A stretch of 64,000 nucleotides of DNA. Origin: a virus. Its lineage: Duplodnaviria > Caudoviricetes. The translations under genes were made by a program, and so were the position numbers. Location of the stretch: the IMG/VR virus record IMGVR_UViG_3300017780_003104, positions 1 to 64,000 of that record, one strand, 5' to 3'. The notes below the pieces were generated by a model. The model made no database searches. It was not told where the DNA came from and saw nothing but the letters and a program-made list of their open reading frames with translations. Within the stretch, counting starts at the first letter, position 1, and each line of letters begins with the position of its first letter. This document shows positions 55,147-63,659 of this stretch, one piece after another.

Positions 55147-56440
55147 ATACGAAAAAATAATATGCTATAAGTCGATGACCGACAGCACATACTTGGCATC
55201 TATTGCTGATTATGTGAAGTCTGAATACTTTGAACAGCCAAATATTGCTAATTATTTTCAAATTGTTAAGGACTTTTACGATAAACGTCAAAAGTTACCA
55301 ACGATAACTGAGATTAAGCCCTATTTGACCACTGAAGGTCAGAGAGTTGAATTTAAAAAACTTGTTGAGTCGTTTAAAACGATGGACAAGCTCTACGACC
55401 ACGATGAATTGTATGAAAATACCGAAAGATTTCTAAAAGAACGTGCTACATGGTGTAATATCTTAGATATTGCAGAAAATTCCGAGAAAAAGGTTAAGAA
55501 TCCATCAGAAGTTCTCGAAGCATTTGAAGATATATGTAAAATATGTCTAGATACTGAACGTGGTATTGAACTATTTGAAGATGTCGATAAGCTTATTGAT
55601 GATATTCTAAATGAAGATATATACATATCATCTGGTTGGCAATGGGTCGATGAACATTTGGGGGGCGGTTATAGAGAGGATGGCAAGGCACTTTATGTCT
55701 TTGCTGGACAGGCTAACATCGGTAAGAGCATCTTCCTTGGTAATGTGGCAGCAAACATCGCAGAACAGGGTAAGAACGTTCTTGTGGTGTCTCTGGAGAT
55801 GTCTGAGATGCTTTATGCAAAGCGTATTGCCTCCAATGTGACCAAAATACCTCTAAAAAACTTCAAACAGGATGCCCACACCCTTCGATATGCCTTAAAA
55901 GAAGAAGGTAAAACCAGTGGAAAGCTTTTTATTAAGGAATTTCCCCCTTCTACTATCACACCAAAGAAATTATCAGCATTTATTAAAAAATTAATCGATA
56001 CTGGTGTCCATTTGGATGCCGTGGTGATCGATTATGTATCCTTATTGCATACGGAGAGGGGAGCTAACTCATATGAACGTATTATGTATATATGTGAGCA
56101 AGTTAGAGCAATGTCTTACATCTTTCATTGTCCATTTATAACAGCGATCCAGTTAAATCGAGGAGAATTTGGAAAAGAAAATCCCGGAATGGAGGGAATT
56201 GCTGGCAGTATCGGTGTTGCGGCAACTGCTGATGTAATATGGTCTATTTTTCAATCAGATGAAGATATGGAAATGGGATTAATTAAACTTGGAGTTATGA
56301 AAAACCGATTCGGTCCCCGTGGTATGGTCCAAGCTATGAAAATTCTATACGACACACTTACTATTATACAGTCGGATGAAGAAGAGGAAAGTTTTGCGGA
56401 TGATGATCTATCATTCTTGGAAAAGCTTGCAAAACAATAA
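55130..56440 (+). CDS. gp41: Replicative DNA helicase (gp41/DnaB-like)
   Basis: FAGQANIGKS, VSLEMSE, IKEFP, VVIDYV, TAIQLNR, GVMKNRFG. Confidence 0.96.
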   Translation: MIDLTEYEKIICYKSMTDSTYLASIADYVKSEYFEQPNIANYFQIVKDFYDKRQKLPTITEIKPYLTTEGQRVEFKKLVESFKTMDKLYDHDELYENTERFLKERATWCNILDIAENSEKKVKNPSEVLEAFEDICKICLDTERGIELFEDVDKLIDDILNEDIYISSGWQWVDEHLGGGYREDGKALYVFAGQANIGKSIFLGNVAANIAEQGKNVLVVSLEMSEMLYAKRIASNVTKIPLKNFKQDAHTLRYALKEEGKTSGKLFIKEFPPSTITPKKLSAFIKKLIDTGVHLDAVVIDYVSLLHTERGANSYERIMYICEQVRAMSYIFHCPFITAIQLNRGEFGKENPGMEGIAGSIGVAATADVIWSIFQSDEDMEMGLIKLGVMKNRFGPRGMVQAMKILYDTLTIIQSDEEEESFADDDLSFLEKLAKQ

Positions 56441-56457
56441 TAAAAAGTAATTATAAA

Positions 56458-57309
56458 GTGAGTAAAATTTTTTGCTGGGCTAATTCTGATTTAGATGGAG
56501 CATGTTCTACCATCTTATTAGGGAATATGTTTCCCACGATGGAGTATAAGTCCGTGTTCTTTGGTGATTTCTTGAGCCAATACACTGATTGGGAGTCCGA
56601 TTTAGAGAATTATGACAAGGTTTTCGTCATTGGTATGGTATTAGATCAGTCAATAATCAATAAAATCGATGACCCCCGTGTTGTTTTCGTCTCTGATCGT
56701 GGAGAAAAGCTTAATATCTTTGATTCAACCATGATTTCAGAGGAATATTCTTCATGTTGCAAGCTTTTATATAAAAAGTTTAAGGATAAGTTCGAAATTC
56801 CTACAGATTTAAAGAAATTAATATTATATGTGGATGATTATAACTTTTATTCTCTAAAATATAAGGAATCCGAGTATCTGAACGCAATTTATAGAAATAC
56901 ACGTTATAATCGTTTTAAAGTATTCGTTAATAGGTTCTGGTATGGTTATGACGGTCTTACCGATAAGGAAATGGAGTCTGCTGAAGCATTTTTCAATGCT
57001 ATTGACAACGAATACGCTAATTTGGATCTATATGAGGGAACATTCAAGGATTGGTCGGTGATTGCCACTTTCTCCAAGTTCTCCGTGAACGAAATAGCGA
57101 AGAAACTGATTGACAATCACAAGAAAGATGTCATGATAGTGATCAATCCCGACACACAGTTCGTCTCCTTCCGAAAACCAGAAGGGTCCAAGGCCGATAT
57201 AGCATTTATTGCTGAAAATCTCTGTAGTGGTGGGGGCGGTGAAAGGGCTAGTGGTGGAAAGATCACTCAAAAGTTCTTAGATTTTACAACAAAATTAATA
57301 CAATTATGA
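56458..57309 (+). CDS. DHH/DHHA1-family protein with degenerate active site
   Basis: Motif I SDLDG present; DHH replaced by DRG; DHHA1 GGGH replaced by GGGE; VSFR motif; GTG start. Confidence 0.7.
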   Translation: MSKIFCWANSDLDGACSTILLGNMFPTMEYKSVFFGDFLSQYTDWESDLENYDKVFVIGMVLDQSIINKIDDPRVVFVSDRGEKLNIFDSTMISEEYSSCCKLLYKKFKDKFEIPTDLKKLILYVDDYNFYSLKYKESEYLNAIYRNTRYNRFKVFVNRFWYGYDGLTDKEMESAEAFFNAIDNEYANLDLYEGTFKDWSVIATFSKFSVNEIAKKLIDNHKKDVMIVINPDTQFVSFRKPEGSKADIAFIAENLCSGGGGERASGGKITQKFLDFTTKLIQL

Positions 57310-57536
57310 AGGACGCACATTTTAATAGAAATTTTATACGTTTTAACCTTCTCAGGCTTAAAACTAATCAACCATATTCATATGAACAATTTCCGGGTGA
57401 GGTAATCCTAAATCTAGATAACATTATGCATATATCGAAAAATAGTGGGGATGATATTTATTGCGTTCATATGGGTAGTTCCTCATCTTATCTTATTGAT
57501 GCGGAACAATATGATAAACTTTGTGAAATGTTATGA
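57306..57536 (+). CDS. Hypothetical protein
   Basis: ORF 76 aa with ATGA overlaps. Confidence 0.55.
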   Translation: MKDAHFNRNFIRFNLLRLKTNQPYSYEQFPGEVILNLDNIMHISKNSGDDIYCVHMGSSSSYLIDAEQYDKLCEML

Positions 57537-57805
57537 ACTACGACCCATCAGCGAATCTTATAGACGAGGAATCCACACATTTATTTTTATGTTTCTGCAC
57601 ATTTGTAATGAACGTGAAAGGTAAAAAGCTTTCAATTCAAAATGTGTTCATCCAAACACTTTCCAGTGATAAGTTGAAAACCATTATAAAAGAAATTTTA
57701 AACCTTGACACTGACTATGAACTTGTTAAGGTGTTTTTGGATTTCGATCCGATGATTGCTAAATCGAAATACGTGACCAAATACCTTAATAGTAAGAATA
57801 AATGA
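57533..57805 (+). CDS. Hypothetical protein
   Basis: ORF 90 aa. Confidence 0.6.
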   Translation: MNYDPSANLIDEESTHLFLCFCTFVMNVKGKKLSIQNVFIQTLSSDKLKTIIKEILNLDTDYELVKVFLDFDPMIAKSKYVTKYLNSKNK

Positions 57806-57969
57806 GAATTATTAGAAAAACTATTCATAAATTTATACTGTGGTATACTAGATCCTATTCAGGTGGGGATTTCCACACAAATCCATATGGAGTCGATGGA
57901 AGATATATTGTATGTATGAACGAAACACAATATCACGAATATATGAAGATTCATTATGATTTTAAGTGA
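57802..57969 (+). CDS. Hypothetical protein (55 aa)
   Basis: Manual translation MRIIRKTIHKFILWYTRSYSGGDFH...; ATGA overlap; fills the gap. Confidence 0.45.
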   Translation: MRIIRKTIHKFILWYTRSYSGGDFHTNPYGVDGRYIVCMNETQYHEYMKIHYDFK

Positions 57970-58594
57970 ATTCGAAAAACAAATTTATAATAACCACTTG
58001 GTATCATCTCGAAAGGCCAAGGGAGAAGCTTTTAAACTTAAAAAAGATTTCTCTAATTTAGAAGAGGATAAAGTAGTTTTTTTACAGAAACTTTCAAGAT
58101 TGTTTAATACCTATCCTAATTTAATACAAGAAGATTTTTTCATGGCTCCTCATACACTATATCCTGATGAGTCATACTATCCTTTAGAATTTTATACCAA
58201 ACCGAAGGCGATCAAGTGTTATACACAGTATGTAAAACAATTAGAGATTCAAGATCCAGATTCTGCCGATAGTCTTAGGAGACTAGCTGAAAGTCTCAAA
58301 TTTGTGGTGAAATATTGTATAGAAAATAACTTGCAATTATCGGAATATGAGGTAAATATTGAGAAGTCGATGCCGTGTTTTGTGCAACATTTAAAAGATC
58401 ACAAGATCAATTATTACACACTTCACAGCTTGACTTTCAAAAAACCTCAGATAGAATCACGAATATTGGATTTCATCTTTCCTGATTTTTATGAGGTTTT
58501 TCAGAAATCGAAAAACAAATTCTATTCATCTAAAAAGATGAAGGAATTTGCAAAACAAGCAAGAATAAAACTAGAAAATAAAATAAAACAATGA
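57956..58594 (+). CDS. Putative helicase loader (gp59-like)
   Basis: Similar size and position (before gp32); FLQKLS, YTQYVK, HLKDHKINYYT loosely match T4 gp59 segments. Confidence 0.45.
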   Translation: MILSEFEKQIYNNHLVSSRKAKGEAFKLKKDFSNLEEDKVVFLQKLSRLFNTYPNLIQEDFFMAPHTLYPDESYYPLEFYTKPKAIKCYTQYVKQLEIQDPDSADSLRRLAESLKFVVKYCIENNLQLSEYEVNIEKSMPCFVQHLKDHKINYYTLHSLTFKKPQIESRILDFIFPDFYEVFQKSKNKFYSSKKMKEFAKQARIKLENKIKQ

Positions 58595-58821
58595 GTAATA
58601 AAAATGTAACTGTGTCCCAATCTGGCGGGATAGGATTTTGTGGTATATTGGCTATAATATTCATCCTACTTAAATTATTCGGATTAACTGCTGTGGCAAC
58701 TTGGAGTTGGCTGTGGGTATTATCCCCTCTGTGGCTCCCAATCACAATCGTATTATCAATCTTTTTAATTGGATTGGTTATCGGTTTACTTGGATTATTG
58801 ATTGCGACTAAAATAAAATAA
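58591..58821 (+). CDS. Small two-TM membrane protein
   Basis: SGGIGFCGILAIIFILLKL...WSWLWVLSPLWLP, a widespread phage TM family. Confidence 0.8.
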   Translation: MSNKNVTVSQSGGIGFCGILAIIFILLKLFGLTAVATWSWLWVLSPLWLPITIVLSIFLIGLVIGLLGLLIATKIK

Positions 58822-58840
58822 AATAAAATAAACTAAAAAT
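58809..58840 (+). repeat. (TAAAA)n pentamer run immediately upstream of gp32
   Basis: TAAAA x4, TAAAC, TAAAA, AT, then ATG 58841. Confidence 0.8.
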
Positions 58841-59728
58841 ATGACTAAAAAATACAATGCGAGTATGTTTGACAAGATTAAAGATGCTCTTAAGAAGACA
58901 GAAAGAACAACCAGTGGTACATTCACTAATATTATTAAATTCCCAGCAGGGCATACATATACAATTAGATTGATTCCAAATACGGATAATGTAGATGACA
59001 CATTCTTTCATCACTATCTCAATCAGTGGTCTTCTAAGAAGGATGGATCATTCGTATCTGCAATTTCTCTCAAGACATTCGAGGAACGTGATCCAATTAA
59101 TGAAGTTCGTTGGAAGCTTTATAAGGAATGGAAGAGTAGCGAACCTGCAAAGGATGCAAAGTTTGAAAATCCAATCCGTGAGAAGGAAGCATGGTTCGTC
59201 AACGTATATATTGTTGAAGATCCTGCTAATCCAGAAAATAATGGAAAGGTTAAGATCCTTAATATGGGTCCACAACTTAAAGCCATTGTTGATGATGCAA
59301 TGACTGGTGATAGTTCCGATGAATTCGGTGCTGCTATCTTCGATCTGAGTAAAGATGGTGCTGATTTCAAAATCAAGGCTGAAGAACAAGGGGTATTTAC
59401 CACTTACATCAAGTCTCGTTTTTCGAATAAGACTTCATTGGATCTTAGTGATGATGAAATTGATGCTATCTATGAAAATGTTCATGATTTGAAACAAGTT
59501 CATGTAACTAAAACATTTGATGAGCTTCAATCATTATTGGATGAACATTTTTCAGTTGATGAACCAGTGGTTAAACGAGAAGATCGCAAACCACTCCAAC
59601 AGAAGGTGACTAAACCTATTGTTAAACCTGTAGACGAAGATTTGGATGATGAAATCCCAATGTTCCATGGAAAAGATGAACAAGATCCAGATGTAGATGA
59701 ACTTCTAAAAGAATTAGATCTAGATTAA
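58841..59728 (+). CDS. gp32: Single-stranded DNA-binding protein (gp32-like)
   Basis: IRLIPN, FFHHY, WFVNVYIVEDPANPENNGKVKI, IFDL..DGADFKIK, Y..S.F, acidic tail. Confidence 0.93.
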   Translation: MTKKYNASMFDKIKDALKKTERTTSGTFTNIIKFPAGHTYTIRLIPNTDNVDDTFFHHYLNQWSSKKDGSFVSAISLKTFEERDPINEVRWKLYKEWKSSEPAKDAKFENPIREKEAWFVNVYIVEDPANPENNGKVKILNMGPQLKAIVDDAMTGDSSDEFGAAIFDLSKDGADFKIKAEEQGVFTTYIKSRFSNKTSLDLSDDEIDAIYENVHDLKQVHVTKTFDELQSLLDEHFSVDEPVVKREDRKPLQQKVTKPIVKPVDEDLDDEIPMFHGKDEQDPDVDELLKELDLD

Positions 59729-59729
59729 T

Positions 59730-60209
59730 ATGGATAACGGATTTGTACCACCTATGACTCCAGATGATTTTGCGGCATTAGCTGCATTCGCTGGACCTAT
59801 GTATCAAGAGTCTAGGACTATTGAATCATTTACTTCAAATAATCCTATACCGAATGCCCATGACAATTATGGTAGTATGAATATCAAGCAAGGGCTTGAG
59901 CAAGCACAAAGGCTTGCTCAAGCCTCAGTTGCTCGTCAACAGCCCATATATGTTCCACCTGCTGTTCCTCTAGAACCGCCCGATAATGTTACTGAAATAT
60001 ATACTCCATATATTGCTACCATTACAACTGCGGTCCCTCAACCGGAACCATCTAATCAGTTAGAGTTTTCGTTTAATATTAATGAACAGAAGATATCTAA
60101 CGATTTATTAAAAGAAATTTCTAAGAAATTATCTAAACTTATTACATTATTGGAGAAGGAGGATAAGATCCCAAAGTCGAAACCGAATGTCAAACAAAAT
60201 CAAGTTTAA
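59730..60209 (+). CDS. Hypothetical Pro/Gln-rich protein
   Basis: ORF 159 aa. Confidence 0.6.
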   Translation: MDNGFVPPMTPDDFAALAAFAGPMYQESRTIESFTSNNPIPNAHDNYGSMNIKQGLEQAQRLAQASVARQQPIYVPPAVPLEPPDNVTEIYTPYIATITTAVPQPEPSNQLEFSFNINEQKISNDLLKEISKKLSKLITLLEKEDKIPKSKPNVKQNQV

Positions 60210-60903
60210 TAAAGAGGATTTTAAGAATTTTCTCGAAGGATTATCAAAAGTAAGTGATACATCAATTCTTAATATTGAAACCGATAAGATATTTGCTATC
60301 TCTTCTTCTGAAGATAGAAGTATGTTTTTATGGTCTACATTGGAAAGTGATTACGAATCACCCCAAGTTTTAAATTTACCATCAATCAAGAAATTATCAA
60401 AATCTCTTGATTTGATTAGTGGATCAGATGTAGAATTCATTTTAAATTCTAATAATTTGGAATATAAAGGATCTAAGGTTAAATTTAAGTATCACTTATA
60501 TTCTGATGGTATATTAGTTGCTCCTAAATTGACGTTATCTAAAATAACATCTCTCAAATATGAATATGAGTTCGATGTGTCGAAAGCATTTTTAGATTCT
60601 ATCGTAAAACAATCATCCGTATTTAAAGATACTAATAAGTTATACATCTTCACAGAAGATGGTAAATTGTATTGGTCATTAGGTGATAGGACTATGATGA
60701 ATACTGATGTATTAACTGTTGAAGGTGAAGATGTAGATTTTGAGATGGATGAATTCATTCTAAATCTAGATAATATTAGATTGTTATCGTTTGGCGATTC
60801 GAAAGTATTCACATTTAAAATTAATAAGATGGGAATTGGAAATATTATCTTGAAAAATGGTAATGTTGAACTAAATTATATATTATCAAGCCTAACTAAA
60901 TGA
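60187..60903 (+). CDS. gp45: Sliding clamp (gp45-like)
   Basis: ~238 aa, repeated beta/alpha pattern, KFKY...D..LV..P; replication context. Confidence 0.7.
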   Translation: MSNKIKFNKEDFKNFLEGLSKVSDTSILNIETDKIFAISSSEDRSMFLWSTLESDYESPQVLNLPSIKKLSKSLDLISGSDVEFILNSNNLEYKGSKVKFKYHLYSDGILVAPKLTLSKITSLKYEYEFDVSKAFLDSIVKQSSVFKDTNKLYIFTEDGKLYWSLGDRTMMNTDVLTVEGEDVDFEMDEFILNLDNIRLLSFGDSKVFTFKINKMGIGNIILKNGNVELNYILSSLTK

Positions 60904-61415
60904 GTGTTCATGACGAAACATGGGACAAATGTTCTAAATGTAATCAAACCATAAAAACCTTTCATGGTGATTATCATGATTCGGGTGCATGTTCTCTGTA
61001 TAAGACATGGTATGAGTGGAATGACACATTTAAACCTATAGGTGAGGTAGACTTATCACCAATATTCAAAAATATGAAAGCAAAAAGTAAAAACAATATT
61101 ACAACGGGAGGCTATTTTTTAAATAGATTGAGGGATAGTGGATTTATTGCTATTCGACTGTTTAAGGATTATCCGATTCATGATCCTCGTAAGTGGACTA
61201 TTATGGTAGATCCAAGTGGTCATTCCCTTATGATCACTTGTTATGTAAACAAAGAAGGTCCGGGGGATGTGTATTTCGAATTTAATGATGGTGGAAATAA
61301 GTTTTTAAATAATTATAAGTTAAAAACTCAATCCATGGAGATTATTATAACAACTTTAATCGAAAAGGGTGTTCCACAAAAACAAGATAATAGTAATTAC
61401 ACTAAGAGTGATTAA
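60900..61415 (+). CDS. Hypothetical protein
   Basis: ORF 171 aa; N-terminal CxxC; conserved-looking core from Met 61074. Confidence 0.6.
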   Translation: MSVHDETWDKCSKCNQTIKTFHGDYHDSGACSLYKTWYEWNDTFKPIGEVDLSPIFKNMKAKSKNNITTGGYFLNRLRDSGFIAIRLFKDYPIHDPRKWTIMVDPSGHSLMITCYVNKEGPGDVYFEFNDGGNKFLNNYKLKTQSMEIIITTLIEKGVPQKQDNSNYTKSD

Positions 61416-61423
61416 ATATATTA

Positions 61424-61726
61424 ATGGATGATGATAAGGAGACACCAAACTTCCAAGAATTTAGTGATGATGATGTTAAGAATCTCTTAAAAGAAGCACT
61501 CTCATTACAATTAAAGGAAAAGAGAAAAGTTCCAAAGAGAAATGAATTAAATAATGCATTAATTGGAACTCTAGGTGAGTTTTTAACATGTTTCAAACTT
61601 ATTGGTTATGATTTAGATGGAAATCCAATTAACATGACAGTATATAAAGAGAAGATTGAAAAATCTGCATTGGATAATGCATTCATGGAAGAGATTGGAC
61701 GATTTATGAGCAGTAGAATTGGATAA
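61424..61726 (+). CDS. Hypothetical protein with late promoter
   Basis: TTAAATA 5 nt before ATG. Confidence 0.65.
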   Translation: MDDDKETPNFQEFSDDDVKNLLKEALSLQLKEKRKVPKRNELNNALIGTLGEFLTCFKLIGYDLDGNPINMTVYKEKIEKSALDNAFMEEIGRFMSSRIG

Positions 61727-61986
61727 TGTTTTTTAAAAGGATTAAACTTGGTGATATGTATGCATGTCGAGTTGGTGATTATGCTGGTAAGATGTTAATA
61801 TACATTGATAAAAATAAGCATGAGTATGGATTCTTGGCTTCACCAACCATGGAAAATATATGGGTGCCTATCGATAAATTTGATTTTGGTATTAAAGGTG
61901 GTATAATAAATTATGTCGAAAGAGTTCCTAAAGAGGTTAGAACGGTTGCCAAAGTTAAATTCTGGGACAACAAAAAAGTTATTTGA
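61726..61986 (+). CDS. Hypothetical protein (SH3-like beta pattern)
   Basis: ORF 86 aa. Confidence 0.6.
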   Translation: MFFKRIKLGDMYACRVGDYAGKMLIYIDKNKHEYGFLASPTMENIWVPIDKFDFGIKGGIINYVERVPKEVRTVAKVKFWDNKKVI

Positions 61987-62998
61987 CCTTCCCACTGATT
62001 ATAGTATAGCTAAATTTTATGAATTAGGCTATAAAGTATCGTATAATAATTATAATAATACTTATAATTCTTGTTGTCCTATATGTAAAGAGGGTAAGAG
62101 TTGGGGTAGAAAGAAACGTTGTTTCTATATTCCAGAGAATGATAATATTTTTTGTCATAATTGTGGTTCAAGTTTAAAACCATATAATTGGATACGACAA
62201 GTATCTGGTATGAGTGATTTAGATATCCGCAATGATATAGGTAACAACCAAGTATCAGTAGAATTGAACTTTGATGTCTTTAATATACCGAAGAAATTAC
62301 CATCATTGCCTGATGATAGCATTAATTTGAGTGATTCTACACAATTATCTTATTATAAGGATAATCATATAGTCCAAACGGCACTAGCTTACTTAAAGGG
62401 ACGCAGATTGAACACTGCAATCAATAAATGTAACTTTTACATCTCCCTAAAGGATTATACACATAAAAATAGGTTAGTTATACCATTTTTAGATACTTCT
62501 GGTAATTTTATTCACTATCAGACTAGACGATTGTTTGAATGGGACGAAAAACCCAATTACCTTACTAAATTCAACTCCGATAAATCGATTTTTGGGATAG
62601 ATAGAGTTGATCCGACACTAGATGACGTTTTTATCTTTGAAGGACCACTAGACGCCTGTTTTATGCGAAATGGAGTGGCTGTGGCAGGTATCAATGAAGG
62701 TCATCACAAGTTTACACCAATTCAATTAGAACAATTAGAAGAATTGAAACTCTATACTAAGGTTTGGGTGCTCGATAATCAGTGGATTGATAAGGCAGCA
62801 CGTTTAAAGACTAAAGTTTTACTCGAAATGGGAGAGTGTGTCTTTATTTGGCCTGAGAAGTTCAAAAAGTTCAAGGACTTTAATGAGTTGTGCGTTCATT
62901 GTGGACTTGATGAGATAAAACATTCCTTTATAAAGAAAAACAGCACCTGTGGGAAAGGTGCTGTTGTCAAGTTTAAGGTTTTGTTTGGGAAGTTATAA
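61913..62998 (+). CDS. gp61: DNA primase (gp61-like); start uncertain
   Basis: Zinc finger CPIC...FCHNCG, RLVIPF, FIFEGPLDACF, VWVLDN, KDFNE. Confidence 0.93.
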   Translation: MSKEFLKRLERLPKLNSGTTKKLFDLPTDYSIAKFYELGYKVSYNNYNNTYNSCCPICKEGKSWGRKKRCFYIPENDNIFCHNCGSSLKPYNWIRQVSGMSDLDIRNDIGNNQVSVELNFDVFNIPKKLPSLPDDSINLSDSTQLSYYKDNHIVQTALAYLKGRRLNTAINKCNFYISLKDYTHKNRLVIPFLDTSGNFIHYQTRRLFEWDEKPNYLTKFNSDKSIFGIDRVDPTLDDVFIFEGPLDACFMRNGVAVAGINEGHHKFTPIQLEQLEELKLYTKVWVLDNQWIDKAARLKTKVLLEMGECVFIWPEKFKKFKDFNELCVHCGLDEIKHSFIKKNSTCGKGAVVKFKVLFGKL

Positions 62999-63163
62999 AT
63001 AATTATCTTTAAAATTTTCTTCCCCTTGTTTGAGAGATACTTCAAACATTTTTATTACATGTTTTAGACTTTCAATTGTTTCATCTAAATCAAAACTTTC
63101 CATTTGCTCTAATGTTTGTTTTAATAAACCTTTATTCTTACTAGGTTTGATGAAAAAAGTCAT
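62993..63163 (-). CDS. Hypothetical protein (56 aa)
   Basis: Manual translation MTFFIKPSKNKGLLKQTLEQME...; downstream of the 63625 gene. Confidence 0.4.
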   Translation of the reverse strand: MTFFIKPSKNKGLLKQTLEQMESFDLDETIESLKHVIKMFEVSLKQGEENFKDNYL

Positions 63164-63184
63164 AACTCGTTGATTATCAACAAC

Positions 63185-63625
63185 TCAAACATACTTGAAT
63201 CTTGCGTTGGATGTTTGCGCCATAAACCCTAAGAAGTTCTGGTGAAGGGAAGCTAAGTCGGATGCAACACGACTAATTTTAGTTTGTTGTGATTGTTTCA
63301 TCTTATCCATAACGGTATCTGGTTCAGCAGCAGCCAAACGAGATTGCACACTGTTAGGATCTTCACTATTTAAGAAGTTTAAAAATGTTTCAACTTGATC
63401 AATCCAACCCTGAAGTTCATTAATGATCTGTTGGTTACGTTTTGACATAGCATCGGCAACTTCATCAGTGACTTGCATTTCTTCTGGACTCATTTCGAGA
63501 TTTGTATCAAATTCTGATGGATCAACACCATCATCCAATGACGATTCCATTGCTTTTCTCTCAAGATCACGATCAAGATCTTGTTCTCTTAATACTTTTA
63601 CGAAATTTCGGGCAAATTTGCTCAT
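63185..63625 (-). CDS. Hypothetical acidic late protein, putative head-packaged
   Basis: ATG 63625 5 nt after CTAAATA; MSKFARNFVKVLRE propeptide-like start. Confidence 0.7.
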   Translation of the reverse strand: MSKFARNFVKVLREQDLDRDLERKAMESSLDDGVDPSEFDTNLEMSPEEMQVTDEVADAMSKRNQQIINELQGWIDQVETFLNFLNSEDPNSVQSRLAAAEPDTVMDKMKQSQQTKISRVASDLASLHQNFLGFMAQTSNARFKYV

Positions 63626-63630
63626 ACAGT

Positions 63631-63654
63631 TATTTAGTGTTTTAATACTAAATA
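63631..63654. promoter_or_regulatory. Back-to-back divergent late promoters CTAAATA(-) 63631-63637 and CTAAATA(+) 63648-63654
   Basis: Each 5 nt before ATG 63625(-) and 63660(+). Confidence 0.8.
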
Positions 63655-63659
63655 TATAC

